Notes: generated by a model from the letters alone, not told the origin. DNA of 64,000 nt from Candidatus Latescibacterota bacterium (GCA_965116885.1 OZ220741.1:4544001-4608000); one strand, 5' to 3'. Numbered from the stretch's first letter, positions 1 to 10,141 are shown. Program-made: numbers and translations.

Positions 1-225
1 GGCCTCGGCATATTTACCCTGCTTGTAGAGTGCATCGCCAGCATTAAAATGCAATACCGGTCGGGGTTGCCCTTCTTGCTGTGCTTCTAAATACCGACGC
101 AATGCAGCTTCGTACTCCCCCTTTTCAAACAGCGCATTGCCCTCTTCATTCTTTTTTGCCACGGGATCGAGAAATGTCCACCCCAGGAATGGCACTGCCA
201 GCAAAACATATAAAAATCGCGTCAT
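1..225 (-). CDS. batC: TPR protein, BatC-like (partial, runs off the window edge)
   Basis: Own translation from ATG 225: MTRFLYVLLAVPFLGWTFLDPVAKKNEEGNALFEKGEYEAALRRY...HFNAGDALYKQGKYAEA. Hydrophobic N-terminus followed by TPR motifs; directly downstream of batB. Confidence 0.75.
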   Translation of the reverse strand, partial: MTRFLYVLLAVPFLGWTFLDPVAKKNEEGNALFEKGEYEAALRRYLEAQQEGQPRPVLHFNAGDALYKQGKYAEA

Positions 226-236
226 AAAAAAGCCTC

Positions 237-315
237 TTAGTTGTCAGTAGCCAGTTATCAGTCCCAGCCACCCAACCCTATAATTTTTAATTTTTAATTC
301 CCAATTCTTAATTGT
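237..315. repeat. Two degenerate heptamer tandem repeats
   Basis: ttagttg-tcagtag-ccagtta-tcagtcc (237-264) and taatttt-taatttt-taattcc-caattct-taattgt (281-315). Confidence 0.7.
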
Positions 316-1337
316 TATTCAAATCGCCCGCGCCATGCTTCTTCACTGCGTCGCCGATCCGATAACAGAGCCTCGCTCACAAAACAAAACAGAGCAAGAG
401 CCAACGGCCATTGGAACCTGTGAATATACTGCGCGTAACGCTGCGTTCCCAAATCGCGCTTCTCCATCTCTGAAATCCGTTCATGCACCGCCTGCAATCC
501 AATCCCTCCGCCGCTGGCACGCACATATAAACCATCGGTCACACGCGCGATCTCCTTCAGAATTGCTTCATCCAACCGCGTCTTGACAATCTTGCCCTCA
601 GAATCCTTCAAATAATCTACCCTATCGCCAGCGCGGATCGGAATCAACTCACCCTCCGCAGTCCCCACACCCACAGCAAATATTCGCACATCCTCTTCCG
701 CTGCCGCTCGTGCTGCTGCAATGGGGTCGCCCCCATGATTTTCGCCATCTGTAATCAAAATGAGCGCTTTGTATTTCCCATTGCGCGCCCCAAATCCTCG
801 AATGGCCGCGCGAATCGCTTCGGCAACTGCCGTGCCCTGCTCTGAAATCAACGTGACATCGGCCTGCCCCAAAAACATCTTTGCCGCGCCATAATCCAGC
901 GTAAGCGGACAGAGTACATGGCTATAACCGGCAAAAGCCACCAAGCCGATGCGGTCGCCTTCAAGGCGATCGATCAACCCCTCAATTTCAAAACGCGCGC
1001 GATCCAGCCTATTGGGTTTAATATCCTCGGCCAACATACTCAACGACGTATCCAGAACAATCACCAGATCGACGCCCCGACGATGGATCAATTCCAATTC
1101 GGTGCCGAACTGCGGTTGTACCAGTGCCAGAATCAAAAAAATGAATCCAACACACACCAGCGTGGATTTTATGCCTTGCCGCATGCGACTGACACCCGAA
1201 GCGAGTTTATCCATCAACTCGGGAGCACCAAACGCATACAGCGCCCTGCGCTTGCGTCGAAATGCCCACCAGTAAAAAAGCGCGAAAACCGGCACGCACA
1301 AAAGGAAATAAAAAGCCTGTGGATCGCCAAACCGCAT
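315..1337 (-). CDS. batB: VWA domain protein, BatB-like
   Basis: BatA-type N-terminal TM segment, MIDAS DTSLS, LAEDIKPNRL, LITDGE, C-terminal TM helix. Confidence 0.88.
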   Translation of the reverse strand: MRFGDPQAFYFLLCVPVFALFYWWAFRRKRRALYAFGAPELMDKLASGVSRMRQGIKSTLVCVGFIFLILALVQPQFGTELELIHRRGVDLVIVLDTSLSMLAEDIKPNRLDRARFEIEGLIDRLEGDRIGLVAFAGYSHVLCPLTLDYGAAKMFLGQADVTLISEQGTAVAEAIRAAIRGFGARNGKYKALILITDGENHGGDPIAAARAAAEEDVRIFAVGVGTAEGELIPIRAGDRVDYLKDSEGKIVKTRLDEAILKEIARVTDGLYVRASGGGIGLQAVHERISEMEKRDLGTQRYAQYIHRFQWPLALALFCFVSEALLSDRRRSEEAWRGRFE

Positions 1338-2336
1338 CTAAGGCAACCTCCGAAATCGCGTATTGCCCAGCACCAATTCCAATGACAGCAATGCCAACCC
1401 GGAATAGAGAAACAGGTGAAACAACTCGCGATAATCCACATATTCGCGCACTTTGATCTCTGTCTTTTCCATTTCGCCAATCTCAGCGTATATCTCCTCC
1501 AGTTTTTCTTCACTCGTCGCTCTGAAATACTTCCCACCTGTTGCATCCGCTACTTTTTTAAGCGTCTCTTCGTCAATCTCAACTTTGACCGGTACAAATC
1601 GCTTACCAAAAATCCCATCAACCTCCTGCATAATCGTACCCCTGCTGCCAGCGCCAATCGCATAAATGCGAATCCCCACAGCCTCTGCTGCACGCGCTGC
1701 GGTCATCGGATCGATCTCACCGCGATTATTCTTCCCATCTGTCAATAAAATAATCACCTTACTCTTAGCCTCAGATTCTCGCAAACGATTCACCGCAGTT
1801 GCGATCCCCAAACCAATGGCAGTGCCATCCCAGTCTTTGCCGGCAATTTCAACACCATCGAGAAAACTCAAAAACACGCCGTAATCCAGCGTAAGCGGGC
1901 ATTGCGTATAGGCTTCTGCGGCAAAGACCACAAGCCCCAGACGATCATTGGCACGCCCCTGTGCAAATTGCGCTACCACCTCTTTGCACACTTCCAACCG
2001 GGTCTTGCGCTGGTCCGCCAGATCTTTGGCCTCCATACTGCTCGACACATCAATCGCCAGCGCAATATCAATACCTTGACTTAAAATTTCTCGGCCTTCG
2101 CGCCCTGACTGCGGCCGCGCCATCGCCGCAATGAGCAAAGCCAGAGCCACACAGCGAAACGCGATCAAACTATGCCGCAGTTTCAGCGAAAAGGACGGGC
2201 CAATACGCCGAAAAAGGCGCGTATCGGAAAAACGAATGCGCCCCGACTTGCGCCTTTCGCGCCCAATATAGCGATAGATGAGTACCGGAATAAACAACAG
2301 GAGCAGCAACCACTCCGGATTGGCAAAACGCATCAC
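1338..2336 (-). CDS. batA: VWA domain protein, BatA-like
   Basis: MRFANPEWLLLL start, ARPQ, MIDAS DVSSS, GTAIG, LLTDGKNN, ATGGKYFRA. Confidence 0.9.
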   Translation of the reverse strand: MMRFANPEWLLLLLFIPVLIYRYIGRERRKSGRIRFSDTRLFRRIGPSFSLKLRHSLIAFRCVALALLIAAMARPQSGREGREILSQGIDIALAIDVSSSMEAKDLADQRKTRLEVCKEVVAQFAQGRANDRLGLVVFAAEAYTQCPLTLDYGVFLSFLDGVEIAGKDWDGTAIGLGIATAVNRLRESEAKSKVIILLTDGKNNRGEIDPMTAARAAEAVGIRIYAIGAGSRGTIMQEVDGIFGKRFVPVKVEIDEETLKKVADATGGKYFRATSEEKLEEIYAEIGEMEKTEIKVREYVDYRELFHLFLYSGLALLSLELVLGNTRFRRLP

Positions 2337-3256
2337 TGGACTGTCTCCTGCGTCACAGAAGGTGTAACCAGAGTGCTCACAATGTCGCGCACGCCATCCA
2401 TCGCCTCGCGCGCCATGTAATCACGCGGTGCAAATTTGGCAAACTTGACCCGATCTGCCTCATTCAAAAAACCTTCTATAGCCATCACCAATTGGTCGTC
2501 AAACGCCTGGGTACGCAGATCCCGCCCAATTTCAAACGTCGTACGCTCCAGTGCCTGCACGGGGGTTTTATCTTCCAAACACCGCCTCAAAACAGCCGAC
2601 AATAGAGAATAATACTGCCGGTAATTTTCCCGCTCTATCAGCCCTAACTGTCCCACCCTGTCCAACTCCTCTAACCAGTTGACAGGCGGCGGTGGCAACT
2701 CGGCTCTGGGGCGACGCCCGCGGCGATAAACATACCAGACCAATCCTGCAAGCAATAGAATCAGCCCGCCAACCACCAGCCAAAACCACACGGGAATCTG
2801 TGCGACCACAACCATCGGAGGCTTCACATCGCGAATATCCGTTGTGCCTTCTGGTCTGACACTCCGCACCAATACATCAATGGGTTGCGACGCGATTTTT
2901 CCAGAATCTCCCTCTGCATCGACAAAATGCACTGAAACGGGCGGCACGCGAAATGCGCCCACCTGATAAATCGCCAGCACGATGTCTTGCGTTTCCCGCA
3001 CCCGTCCATTTTCAAGTTGCTCTATTTCAACTTCGCCTGTGTACCGAATTTCAAATGGCTGGGGAAAATCTTTTTCGTACGCGATTTCTGCCTTATCATC
3101 AACCCCGCGATGGATGCGCAGACGCAAAACAAAAGGGTCGCCAATTGTAATGGTGTCGCGGTCAATCCCTGTCAAAAATTCTACCGTTGCATCGGTCGGA
3201 ACGGTTTGTATTCCGATCCAAACTATGACGAAAAAGAAAAAATAAATTTTACGCAT
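2333..3256 (-). CDS. Conserved Bat-operon membrane protein (BatD-like N-terminal Ig domain, one TM helix)
   Basis: Signal peptide, ITIGDP, IRDVKPP, TM helix, ALERTT and ADRVKFAK motifs typical of the gene preceding batA; 4-bp overlap with batA. Confidence 0.75.
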   Translation of the reverse strand: MRKIYFFFFVIVWIGIQTVPTDATVEFLTGIDRDTITIGDPFVLRLRIHRGVDDKAEIAYEKDFPQPFEIRYTGEVEIEQLENGRVRETQDIVLAIYQVGAFRVPPVSVHFVDAEGDSGKIASQPIDVLVRSVRPEGTTDIRDVKPPMVVVAQIPVWFWLVVGGLILLLAGLVWYVYRRGRRPRAELPPPPVNWLEELDRVGQLGLIERENYRQYYSLLSAVLRRCLEDKTPVQALERTTFEIGRDLRTQAFDDQLVMAIEGFLNEADRVKFAKFAPRDYMAREAMDGVRDIVSTLVTPSVTQETVQ

Positions 3257-3341
3257 GACGAATCAACGGAATGGAGTACAACTGGTTCAGGCCAGTTCAA
3301 TCGAGCATGACTGCGCCAGCAGTTCATCAGCGAATCTCGCA

Positions 3342-4709
3342 CTAATTTGGGGGGGCAGGGCGGGATTCGTCTATATGGAGTTGCAACCACGACATCACCG
3401 AATACGGCAATACAACCACCTCGCGGTGCGTTTTGGCCGTGCCGTACCAAAAATTGTTGGTCTGCCCAATGATCAGTTCTTGCACCAGAGTTTCACCCCG
3501 CCACAAAGAAACCGTCAACACGGGGTCATTCAGACTATCTGCGGCGGATTTATCCACTTGATCGGGAAACTCGACAACGACCAGATTGTGAACGCGGTCA
3601 ATCAAATCTTCAATGTTGGCGTCCCCTTTGACAATGCGCCTACCCCCTACCACCACCTGCCATAAGCCATCCCCATCCTTCGCACAATTCACCACGCTGT
3701 CTCGATAGGCCAACCGCACGCGATCAACTCCTGTGCGATCAAACTCAAAAACGCGCTTATAACGCAATCGGGCCAATGGAATATCCAGAGCTTCTGCGAG
3801 CAATTGTTCGACGATAAACACCTGCGGCCGACTCATTACGCGCCCATACCACAGTTTCTGCCGAACATTGGGAACGCGCCTGCCCAACAACAGCGTATTG
3901 GGCACTTCATTATCTATTAAATGCAGCACAACTTTGTAATCCGGATTGTCGAACCCGTAAGTTGTGGGATCTTCCACTGCCTCTTTGTGAAAAGATGTAA
4001 CGCGCTCATCTTTCAACTGTCTCAACAATGTCAAAATCTCGCGCGCATCAGCCCGCTCTTTTATCGGCTGAACGAGATGCCACTTCAACCCATCCCGCAC
4101 GACCTCATAAACGCCTCCAGGCGTTTGGAAATACGCTCGCGAGACCAAATCGGGATCAAAGGAAAACGCCCGCGTATCGCGCAATGCCATCAGCGGACGA
4201 TTAAACCGCGCGCGATATTGTTTTTTTGTCAACACGACCTTATCCCCTCCCGACCAGGTCAGATAGCACCCCTGCTTTGAGGGAATATCATCTCCAAAAA
4301 ACAACCACACGGGATCGCCTGATACCGGTTCAAATCGCACCTCAACCACGGGAGGATCCAACCCAAAATCGGCGAGATTAGTCTCTGCGTAATCGCCTTC
4401 ATCAACCACAACACGACCGCGTTCAACAATCTGTGCGATCTCGATCATACCCTCAAATTCTATCCAATCTGCAGGTACTTCCAGCGGCGCGATCAGCACC
4501 CACTCATTGCCGCGCTTCTCAGCGATAAAGTGCCCGTAGTCATTGGCCAATGTCAACCGCGCAACACCGTGCCGCTGAACTTCAATAAACGCATTCTTTG
4601 CCTCAATCTCGCGTTGTTCCTCTGCCATGCGAGGACGTTCAAATAAAAAGACAAACCCCACCAGGCCCAAAAGCAAAACCGCCAAAATCGCTGTCACCTT
4701 AAGACCCAC
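3342..4709 (-). CDS. DUF4340 domain protein
   Basis: N-terminal membrane anchor; repeated W.L..P...AD / FGLD.P / LR...F modules; follows a GldG-family gene as is usual. Confidence 0.8.
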   Translation of the reverse strand: MGLKVTAILAVLLLGLVGFVFLFERPRMAEEQREIEAKNAFIEVQRHGVARLTLANDYGHFIAEKRGNEWVLIAPLEVPADWIEFEGMIEIAQIVERGRVVVDEGDYAETNLADFGLDPPVVEVRFEPVSGDPVWLFFGDDIPSKQGCYLTWSGGDKVVLTKKQYRARFNRPLMALRDTRAFSFDPDLVSRAYFQTPGGVYEVVRDGLKWHLVQPIKERADAREILTLLRQLKDERVTSFHKEAVEDPTTYGFDNPDYKVVLHLIDNEVPNTLLLGRRVPNVRQKLWYGRVMSRPQVFIVEQLLAEALDIPLARLRYKRVFEFDRTGVDRVRLAYRDSVVNCAKDGDGLWQVVVGGRRIVKGDANIEDLIDRVHNLVVVEFPDQVDKSAADSLNDPVLTVSLWRGETLVQELIIGQTNNFWYGTAKTHREVVVLPYSVMSWLQLHIDESRPAPPN

Positions 4710-4719
4710 AATTTATTCC

Positions 4720-4873
4720 TCAGTAGTCAGTAGTCAGTAGTCAGTAGTCAGTAGTCAGTAGTCAGTAGTCAGTAGTCAGTAGTCAGTAGTCAGTAGTCAG
4801 TAGTCAGTAGTCAGTAGTCAGTAGTCAGTAGTCAGTAGTCAGTAGTCAGTAGTCAGTGGTTAGTGGTTAGTTA
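4720..4873. repeat. Heptamer tandem repeat (TCAGTAG)x19 plus 3 degenerate units
   Basis: 19 perfect units at 4720-4852, then tcagtgg, ttagtgg, ttagtta. Confidence 0.98.
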
Positions 4874-4918
4874 CTTCATCCAACCAGTTCATCTTCTTTC
4901 ATCTGCGGATCACCCTTC

Positions 4919-6313
4919 TCATCGCCTGCGCCACCAGACCAGCACACCCGCGACAATTGGAATACCAGGCAGCACCAGCCAATACACCCACCGAATCCAA
5001 AATTCATCGCCCGGATTCAATGTCAGCGGGCGAAAAAGCGTACTTTTGGGCCGAATCGTAATTTTATCACGCGCCCTGAGCAACCAATTCGCTGCATTCA
5101 TAAATAAATCGCCGTTGCCGGCCCCAGGCACCTCTACAAAGCGATTGCTCGCAAAATCCGAATCGCCAAATACCACAATCCGCGCCCGTCCCCCACGTCG
5201 ATCATCACCCGCTTTCGCAGCAATAGTGGCCGGGCCTTCCACAACCATCGCCAACCACAGCGGCCCCGGTTGGTCAGCCCCGGATGTGTATTGTACCGCC
5301 TCTTTGTCTTTGGCAGAAACAGCGTTCAAATTGGTCTCGCTCCAACTATTCGGCGAAGACAGCACCAGCGAAGAAACATCGGCGCCCGGCAAAGACCCCA
5401 CATGTTCCATCGAGCGCACCAATGGATAAAACGTCTGCAATCCCGAATGCTTCTCCGTAATGGGATGTTTGCTATAATGCGTCGTCACGGGAACCGAAAA
5501 ATCTGCGCCCGTCAGCACCTGGCTTTTATCGACCACAAAATCATTTCGCAGGCCAATAGACCACTTTCGCAACAGCGGCTCAAGCCCTGTATCGATGAGC
5601 GGATCCAGCAAAAAGAATGCCGCTCCTCCCCGATTGAGATACGTCGCTACAATATCGATCTCTGCTGGCAAAAACGGGCGTTTTGGTCCCGCGACAATCA
5701 GCGCATCACAATCTTTTGGCACGCGCTGTGATTGCGCCAGCACCAGGGATGGACGCACATCGTGGTTGCCTTCTATGAGCAACTGCTTAATCCCGGAAAA
5801 TCCCTGCTCTGATTGATCGTCGGGATGCGCCTCATCGTGTCCCCCCACAAAATATACCACCTGCCGCTCTTCGCTCATCAAACGCGCAATGCCATTAGTC
5901 AGCGCTTTTTCAGACGTCTCCTGAATCCGTTCTTCCCGATTGCCATATTCGATCACCGAAACACCATATCGGGTCACAGTATATCGCCTGGCCTCAATAG
6001 GCTCCCTATCGGGATCGACAAACCGGTACGCGAAACGCCTCGAATGATAGGCGTACTGTTTGAGCAAATGCTCGTAATCGCGCTGCTCTGCTTCGCGAAA
6101 AAACGCCACCACATTGACATCCTCAGACAAATTTTCCAAAAGAGAAATCGTTTGGGGCGACAGCGTATAAAGACCGCGAGCCGTCAGGTCAAAGCGCGCG
6201 TGATACCGCGTGGTCAAAAAATTAACCACCGCCAGAATACCCAGCGTGATCAACACCGCCACAAGGGCATTAGACCCGTATTTCAATATCCGATGCGATA
6301 AAAATTTGGGCAT
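4919..6313 (-). CDS. GldG-family / ABC-type uncharacterized transport auxiliary protein
   Basis: N-terminal TM, RFDLT..LYTLS.QT, FVDPD, GHDE, VVFGDSDF, N.DLFMNAANWL, C-terminal TM ending WWRRR. Confidence 0.85.
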   Translation of the reverse strand: MPKFLSHRILKYGSNALVAVLITLGILAVVNFLTTRYHARFDLTARGLYTLSPQTISLLENLSEDVNVVAFFREAEQRDYEHLLKQYAYHSRRFAYRFVDPDREPIEARRYTVTRYGVSVIEYGNREERIQETSEKALTNGIARLMSEERQVVYFVGGHDEAHPDDQSEQGFSGIKQLLIEGNHDVRPSLVLAQSQRVPKDCDALIVAGPKRPFLPAEIDIVATYLNRGGAAFFLLDPLIDTGLEPLLRKWSIGLRNDFVVDKSQVLTGADFSVPVTTHYSKHPITEKHSGLQTFYPLVRSMEHVGSLPGADVSSLVLSSPNSWSETNLNAVSAKDKEAVQYTSGADQPGPLWLAMVVEGPATIAAKAGDDRRGGRARIVVFGDSDFASNRFVEVPGAGNGDLFMNAANWLLRARDKITIRPKSTLFRPLTLNPGDEFWIRWVYWLVLPGIPIVAGVLVWWRRR

Positions 6314-6317
6314 AAAT

Positions 6318-7520
6318 CTATCCCCTATTTCTTTCCTGAGTAATCAAGTATTCGGCTACTGCGCGTGCCACAATAACTTCTTCGTCGGTCTGGACAACCA
6401 GAACGGCAACCGCGCTGTCAGATGTCGAAATCATCCCGTCTGCGGAAGGATCGGCATTTGCGACCTCGTCGAGGTGAACGCCCAAGTATTCGAGCCCGGT
6501 GCAGACGCGCCGACGCACATTTGCCCCGCGTTCCCCAATGCCCCCGGCAAAAGCAATCGCATCCAGACCGCCCAGTGCGGCGGTGCAAGCACCGATTTCT
6601 CTTTTGATCCCATAACAAAATGCCTCCAGAGCGAGACGCGCACGCGCGTGCCCCTTTTGAGCGGCTTCTTCGAGATCGCGCACATCGCCGCTAATACCCG
6701 AAATGCCGAGCAAACCGCTTTCTTCTGACAGGATGCGGCTCATCTCGCTCGTCGATAAATTTTTCTGGTCCATTATATAGGGAATAATGAACGGATCAAT
6801 AGTTCCAATGCGCGTGCTATTGATAATACCATTTTGAGGAGAAAAACCCATTGAGGTATCTACAGATTGACCGTTGTGAACCGCGCACAAAGAGGCACTC
6901 CCGCCGAGATGGCAGGATACCATGCGGAGATCCTCGCGGTTGAGTATTTGCGCCGTGCGTTGCGAAACATAGCGATGGGACGCGCCGTGGAAGCCGTATT
7001 TGCGAACCCCGTATTTTTCATACCAGTCGTAGGGGACGCTGTAGATATAGGCATAATCGGGTATGTTGACGTGGAAGGCGGCTTCAAAAAGTCCAATCAG
7101 GGGCAGGTTGGGAGCGCATTGTGCGAAGATGCGAATCGCCTGGATATAGGGCGGATTGTGGGCAGGCGCGAGGCTATTGTAATCCGCCATGCGCTGCAAA
7201 ATATCTTCTGTGAGAAGATGCGTACCCACTTCCCCGCGCATGTGAACGGTTTTGAATCCAACGGCATTGAGGTCAGATAAGTCAGTTAGGACGCCGGTGT
7301 GCACATCTGTAAGACGCGCAATAACATCGCGGACAGCAGAGGGATAATCCGGCAAGTGTTGTTCAGTTTCAACAGCGTATTCGCCAATCTGATGTGCAAT
7401 GGGAGAAGACAAATCGCCGATGCGTTCGAGACGGCCTTCGGCGAGCACTGTTTCATCGGTCATATCAAACAAGCGATATTTGAACGAAGTAGAGCCTGCG
7501 TTTGCAATGAGGATTTTCAT
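6318..7520 (-). CDS. ackA: Acetate/propionate-family kinase
   Basis: NAGSTSFK, APAHNP, RKYGFHGASH, CHLGG, DTSMG, GGIGE, TDEE motifs. Confidence 0.92.
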   Translation of the reverse strand: MKILIANAGSTSFKYRLFDMTDETVLAEGRLERIGDLSSPIAHQIGEYAVETEQHLPDYPSAVRDVIARLTDVHTGVLTDLSDLNAVGFKTVHMRGEVGTHLLTEDILQRMADYNSLAPAHNPPYIQAIRIFAQCAPNLPLIGLFEAAFHVNIPDYAYIYSVPYDWYEKYGVRKYGFHGASHRYVSQRTAQILNREDLRMVSCHLGGSASLCAVHNGQSVDTSMGFSPQNGIINSTRIGTIDPFIIPYIMDQKNLSTSEMSRILSEESGLLGISGISGDVRDLEEAAQKGHARARLALEAFCYGIKREIGACTAALGGLDAIAFAGGIGERGANVRRRVCTGLEYLGVHLDEVANADPSADGMISTSDSAVAVLVVQTDEEVIVARAVAEYLITQERNRG

Positions 7521-8740
7521 GGTCTAACTGTTTCAAGCCTCTGCAGGGGCTTATCGGCAATGGGCAAATGAACGAGAGATGAAGTCACAGCCAGGAGAAT
7601 CGCGGCAATCCAAATCATATCGTAAGACCCCGTCGCATCATACACGCGCCCGGCCAGCCACACGCCCAAAAAACTGCCAATCTGATGGCTGAAAAAGACA
7701 ATGCCATACAGAGTGGAAAGATAGCGCGAACCAAAGATCTGCGCGACAGTGCCACTGGTCAGCGGAACGGTTGCAAGCCACAAGAAACCAATCAAACTGC
7801 CAAACACAAGGGCCGACGTATTTGTGACGGGTATGAAAAGAAATCCACTAATGACAATGGCGCGACCAAAATAAAGCAAACTCAAAAGATATTTTTTTCG
7901 ATATCGGTCGCCGAGTTGCCCCGAAAGATAAGATCCAAAAATATTAAAAAGGCCAATCAGGGATAACGCCGTTGCACCGACCATTTTTGAAAGGCCGTGA
8001 TCAGTCAGAAATGCGGGCAGATGGGTGGCAATAAATGCCACGTGAAATCCACACACAAAAAATCCCGCATTGAGCAACCAGTACCCCGAATGACTGCGCG
8101 CCTGAAGAAGTGCTTGAAGCAGACTGCCATCGTGGGATTCAATGGTATTTGGGGACACCTCTCGCCCGCGCGATGGAATCCCAATGGCGAGAAAGGCACT
8201 TACCCCCGCGACCAGCGCGATGAAAGCGAATGAAGATTGCCAGCCCACGCCAGAGAGAAGCCATTGAACACCCGGCACGAGCGCAAAAGTTCCAAAAGAA
8301 CCCGCGGCAGTGATAAGCCCAAAAAACGAAGCGCGTTTCTCCGGTGCAACAACCTGAGCGACCGCACCGAGGACCACCACATAGGAAATGCTGCTGAGTG
8401 CGATGCCCATGAGTACACCGAGCACGGTGTACAGACCAAGAGGCGTGCTGACAGAAGATAAAAGAAAAAAACAGACTGCATAGAGCAACGCGCCGCCAGC
8501 AACAACCCATCGCGGCCCAAAATGATCTGATAGAATGCCCACGATGGGCAAACCAAAAATGAGGTTTTGCCATGCGATGGCCAGGCTAAAAACTTCGCGC
8601 CCAATACCGAGGTCCTGGCTGATCGGTGCCAAAAAAAGGCCAAAGGATTGGCGAATGCCCATACTGACAAACACAATCAGGGCACTACAAAATATGACAA
8701 TAGTCGCTTTGCGATTGGGCACTTTCCGATCCCATCTCAT
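7517..8740 (-). CDS. MFS transporter
   Basis: About 12 hydrophobic segments; G.LSDHFGPR and GQLGDRY loop motifs; FFVCGFH. Confidence 0.9.
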   Translation of the reverse strand: MRWDRKVPNRKATIVIFCSALIVFVSMGIRQSFGLFLAPISQDLGIGREVFSLAIAWQNLIFGLPIVGILSDHFGPRWVVAGGALLYAVCFFLLSSVSTPLGLYTVLGVLMGIALSSISYVVVLGAVAQVVAPEKRASFFGLITAAGSFGTFALVPGVQWLLSGVGWQSSFAFIALVAGVSAFLAIGIPSRGREVSPNTIESHDGSLLQALLQARSHSGYWLLNAGFFVCGFHVAFIATHLPAFLTDHGLSKMVGATALSLIGLFNIFGSYLSGQLGDRYRKKYLLSLLYFGRAIVISGFLFIPVTNTSALVFGSLIGFLWLATVPLTSGTVAQIFGSRYLSTLYGIVFFSHQIGSFLGVWLAGRVYDATGSYDMIWIAAILLAVTSSLVHLPIADKPLQRLETVRP

Positions 8741-10035
8741 CTATGAACTACTGTCCCGTATTCATTGGGAATCGGTCCGTCGTATTCCCAGGTTTCCCAG
8801 GGCGTATCCCGATGCGATTTCCGAACGATGGCTCGAATTTCTAAAACAATATCTGGATATTCTGTTGCGAGATCATTTTGTTCGCCGATATCCGTCACCA
8901 AATCGTAGAGTTCGACAACGCCTTCGGGATTGGTATGCCCCTCGGGCAAATACCCTTTCCAATCACCCAGACGAACAGCACTGACACCACATCGCTCCCA
9001 GTAGAGAAATTCGTGAACCTGTTGGGTATCGCGGTCCAGGAGCGCAGGCAACATAGAAATGCCATCAACCGGTTTCTCGATAGACGTATCAGCCAATTCG
9101 CAGAACGTGGGCAACATATCCTGAAAACCCGAATAATGTGCGCTCACAGTACCGGGTTGAATCGTTCCCGGCCACCGGGCGACAAAAGGTACGCGGATAC
9201 CACCTTCGTAGAGGCTCCCCTTTTTTGCGCGAAGTGGTCCAGCAGCGTTGAAATGTCCAAGCGTATTGCCACTGCCGTGGGGACCGTTATCGCTCGTGAA
9301 GATAACAAGCGTATTTTCGGCAATGCCAAGCGCGTCGAGCATATCCAATAGCGTGCCAATATCGCGGTCCATGCGCGTAATCATAGCTGCCTGCGTCTTC
9401 TGATTTTCCGTCCAGGGCTTGTCTTTGTAAATATCGAGAGATGGAATTTCGAATCTGGTGTGTGGAATAGTGTAAGCCAAATAGAGAAAAAATGGATTGG
9501 TTTTCTGATCGCGAACAAATTGCAAAGCCTCAGCCGTGAGCAGATCGTGTGAATACGATTCGCCGTAGAGCATGATTTTCTGATCGTTTCGCCAGAGGTG
9601 CTGCGGATAATACGTGTGGGCTTCGCGCTGGCAATTGTACCCAAAAAAGTGATCAAACCCCTGATTGTTGGGGTCGCCTTCCGATCCCGGATATCCCAAT
9701 CCCCATTTGCCAATACAGGCAGTGGCATAACCGCCCTTTTTGAGCAATTTGGCAACCGTCTGCGTCTCCTCGGGAATGGGCACATTGCCCTCAATGGGCA
9801 AAGCGCGATTGTCCCGCACATAGCAATGCCCCGTATGCAGACCTGTCATAAGCACACACCGCGAAGGCGCGCACACCGAAGACCCGGCATAGTGATCCGT
9901 AAAACGAATGCCCTCTGCTGCGATGCGGTCAATATTGGGCGTATAAATAAACTCCTGGCCAAAACAACCCAGATCGCCATAGCCGAGATCGTCCGAGAGG
10001 ATATAGATAATATTAGGCAGAGAATTTTTAGACAT
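8737..10035 (-). CDS. Arylsulfatase (formylglycine-dependent, no signal peptide)
   Basis: PNIIYILSDDLGYGD, CAPSR, GKWGLG, FTSDNG, KGSLYEGGIRVP. Confidence 0.95.
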   Translation of the reverse strand: MSKNSLPNIIYILSDDLGYGDLGCFGQEFIYTPNIDRIAAEGIRFTDHYAGSSVCAPSRCVLMTGLHTGHCYVRDNRALPIEGNVPIPEETQTVAKLLKKGGYATACIGKWGLGYPGSEGDPNNQGFDHFFGYNCQREAHTYYPQHLWRNDQKIMLYGESYSHDLLTAEALQFVRDQKTNPFFLYLAYTIPHTRFEIPSLDIYKDKPWTENQKTQAAMITRMDRDIGTLLDMLDALGIAENTLVIFTSDNGPHGSGNTLGHFNAAGPLRAKKGSLYEGGIRVPFVARWPGTIQPGTVSAHYSGFQDMLPTFCELADTSIEKPVDGISMLPALLDRDTQQVHEFLYWERCGVSAVRLGDWKGYLPEGHTNPEGVVELYDLVTDIGEQNDLATEYPDIVLEIRAIVRKSHRDTPWETWEYDGPIPNEYGTVVHR

Positions 10036-10082
10036 GGGTTTTGTCCTCTACGCTACTTTCAAGAAAGCCATATTTAGTATAT

Positions 10083-10109
10083 ATTATACACAATGCGAAA
10101 TTCTGTCCA
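10083..10109 (-). promoter_or_regulatory. Putative sigma70 promoter of the sulfatase-MFS-ackA unit
   Basis: TGGACA-N15-TATAAT(AT) on the minus strand, about 50 bp upstream of the start codon. Confidence 0.4.
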
Positions 10110-10141
10110 TCTCGTTCATCCATATCGACAAGGAGCGCGCA

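Noticed and set aside
4720..4873. Possible CRISPR array
   Set aside because: Contiguous 7-bp units with no spacers, and no cas genes in the window.
4919..6313. Evidence for gliding motility
   Set aside because: GldG-family proteins are widespread ABC auxiliary components, and no other gld/spr genes are present.
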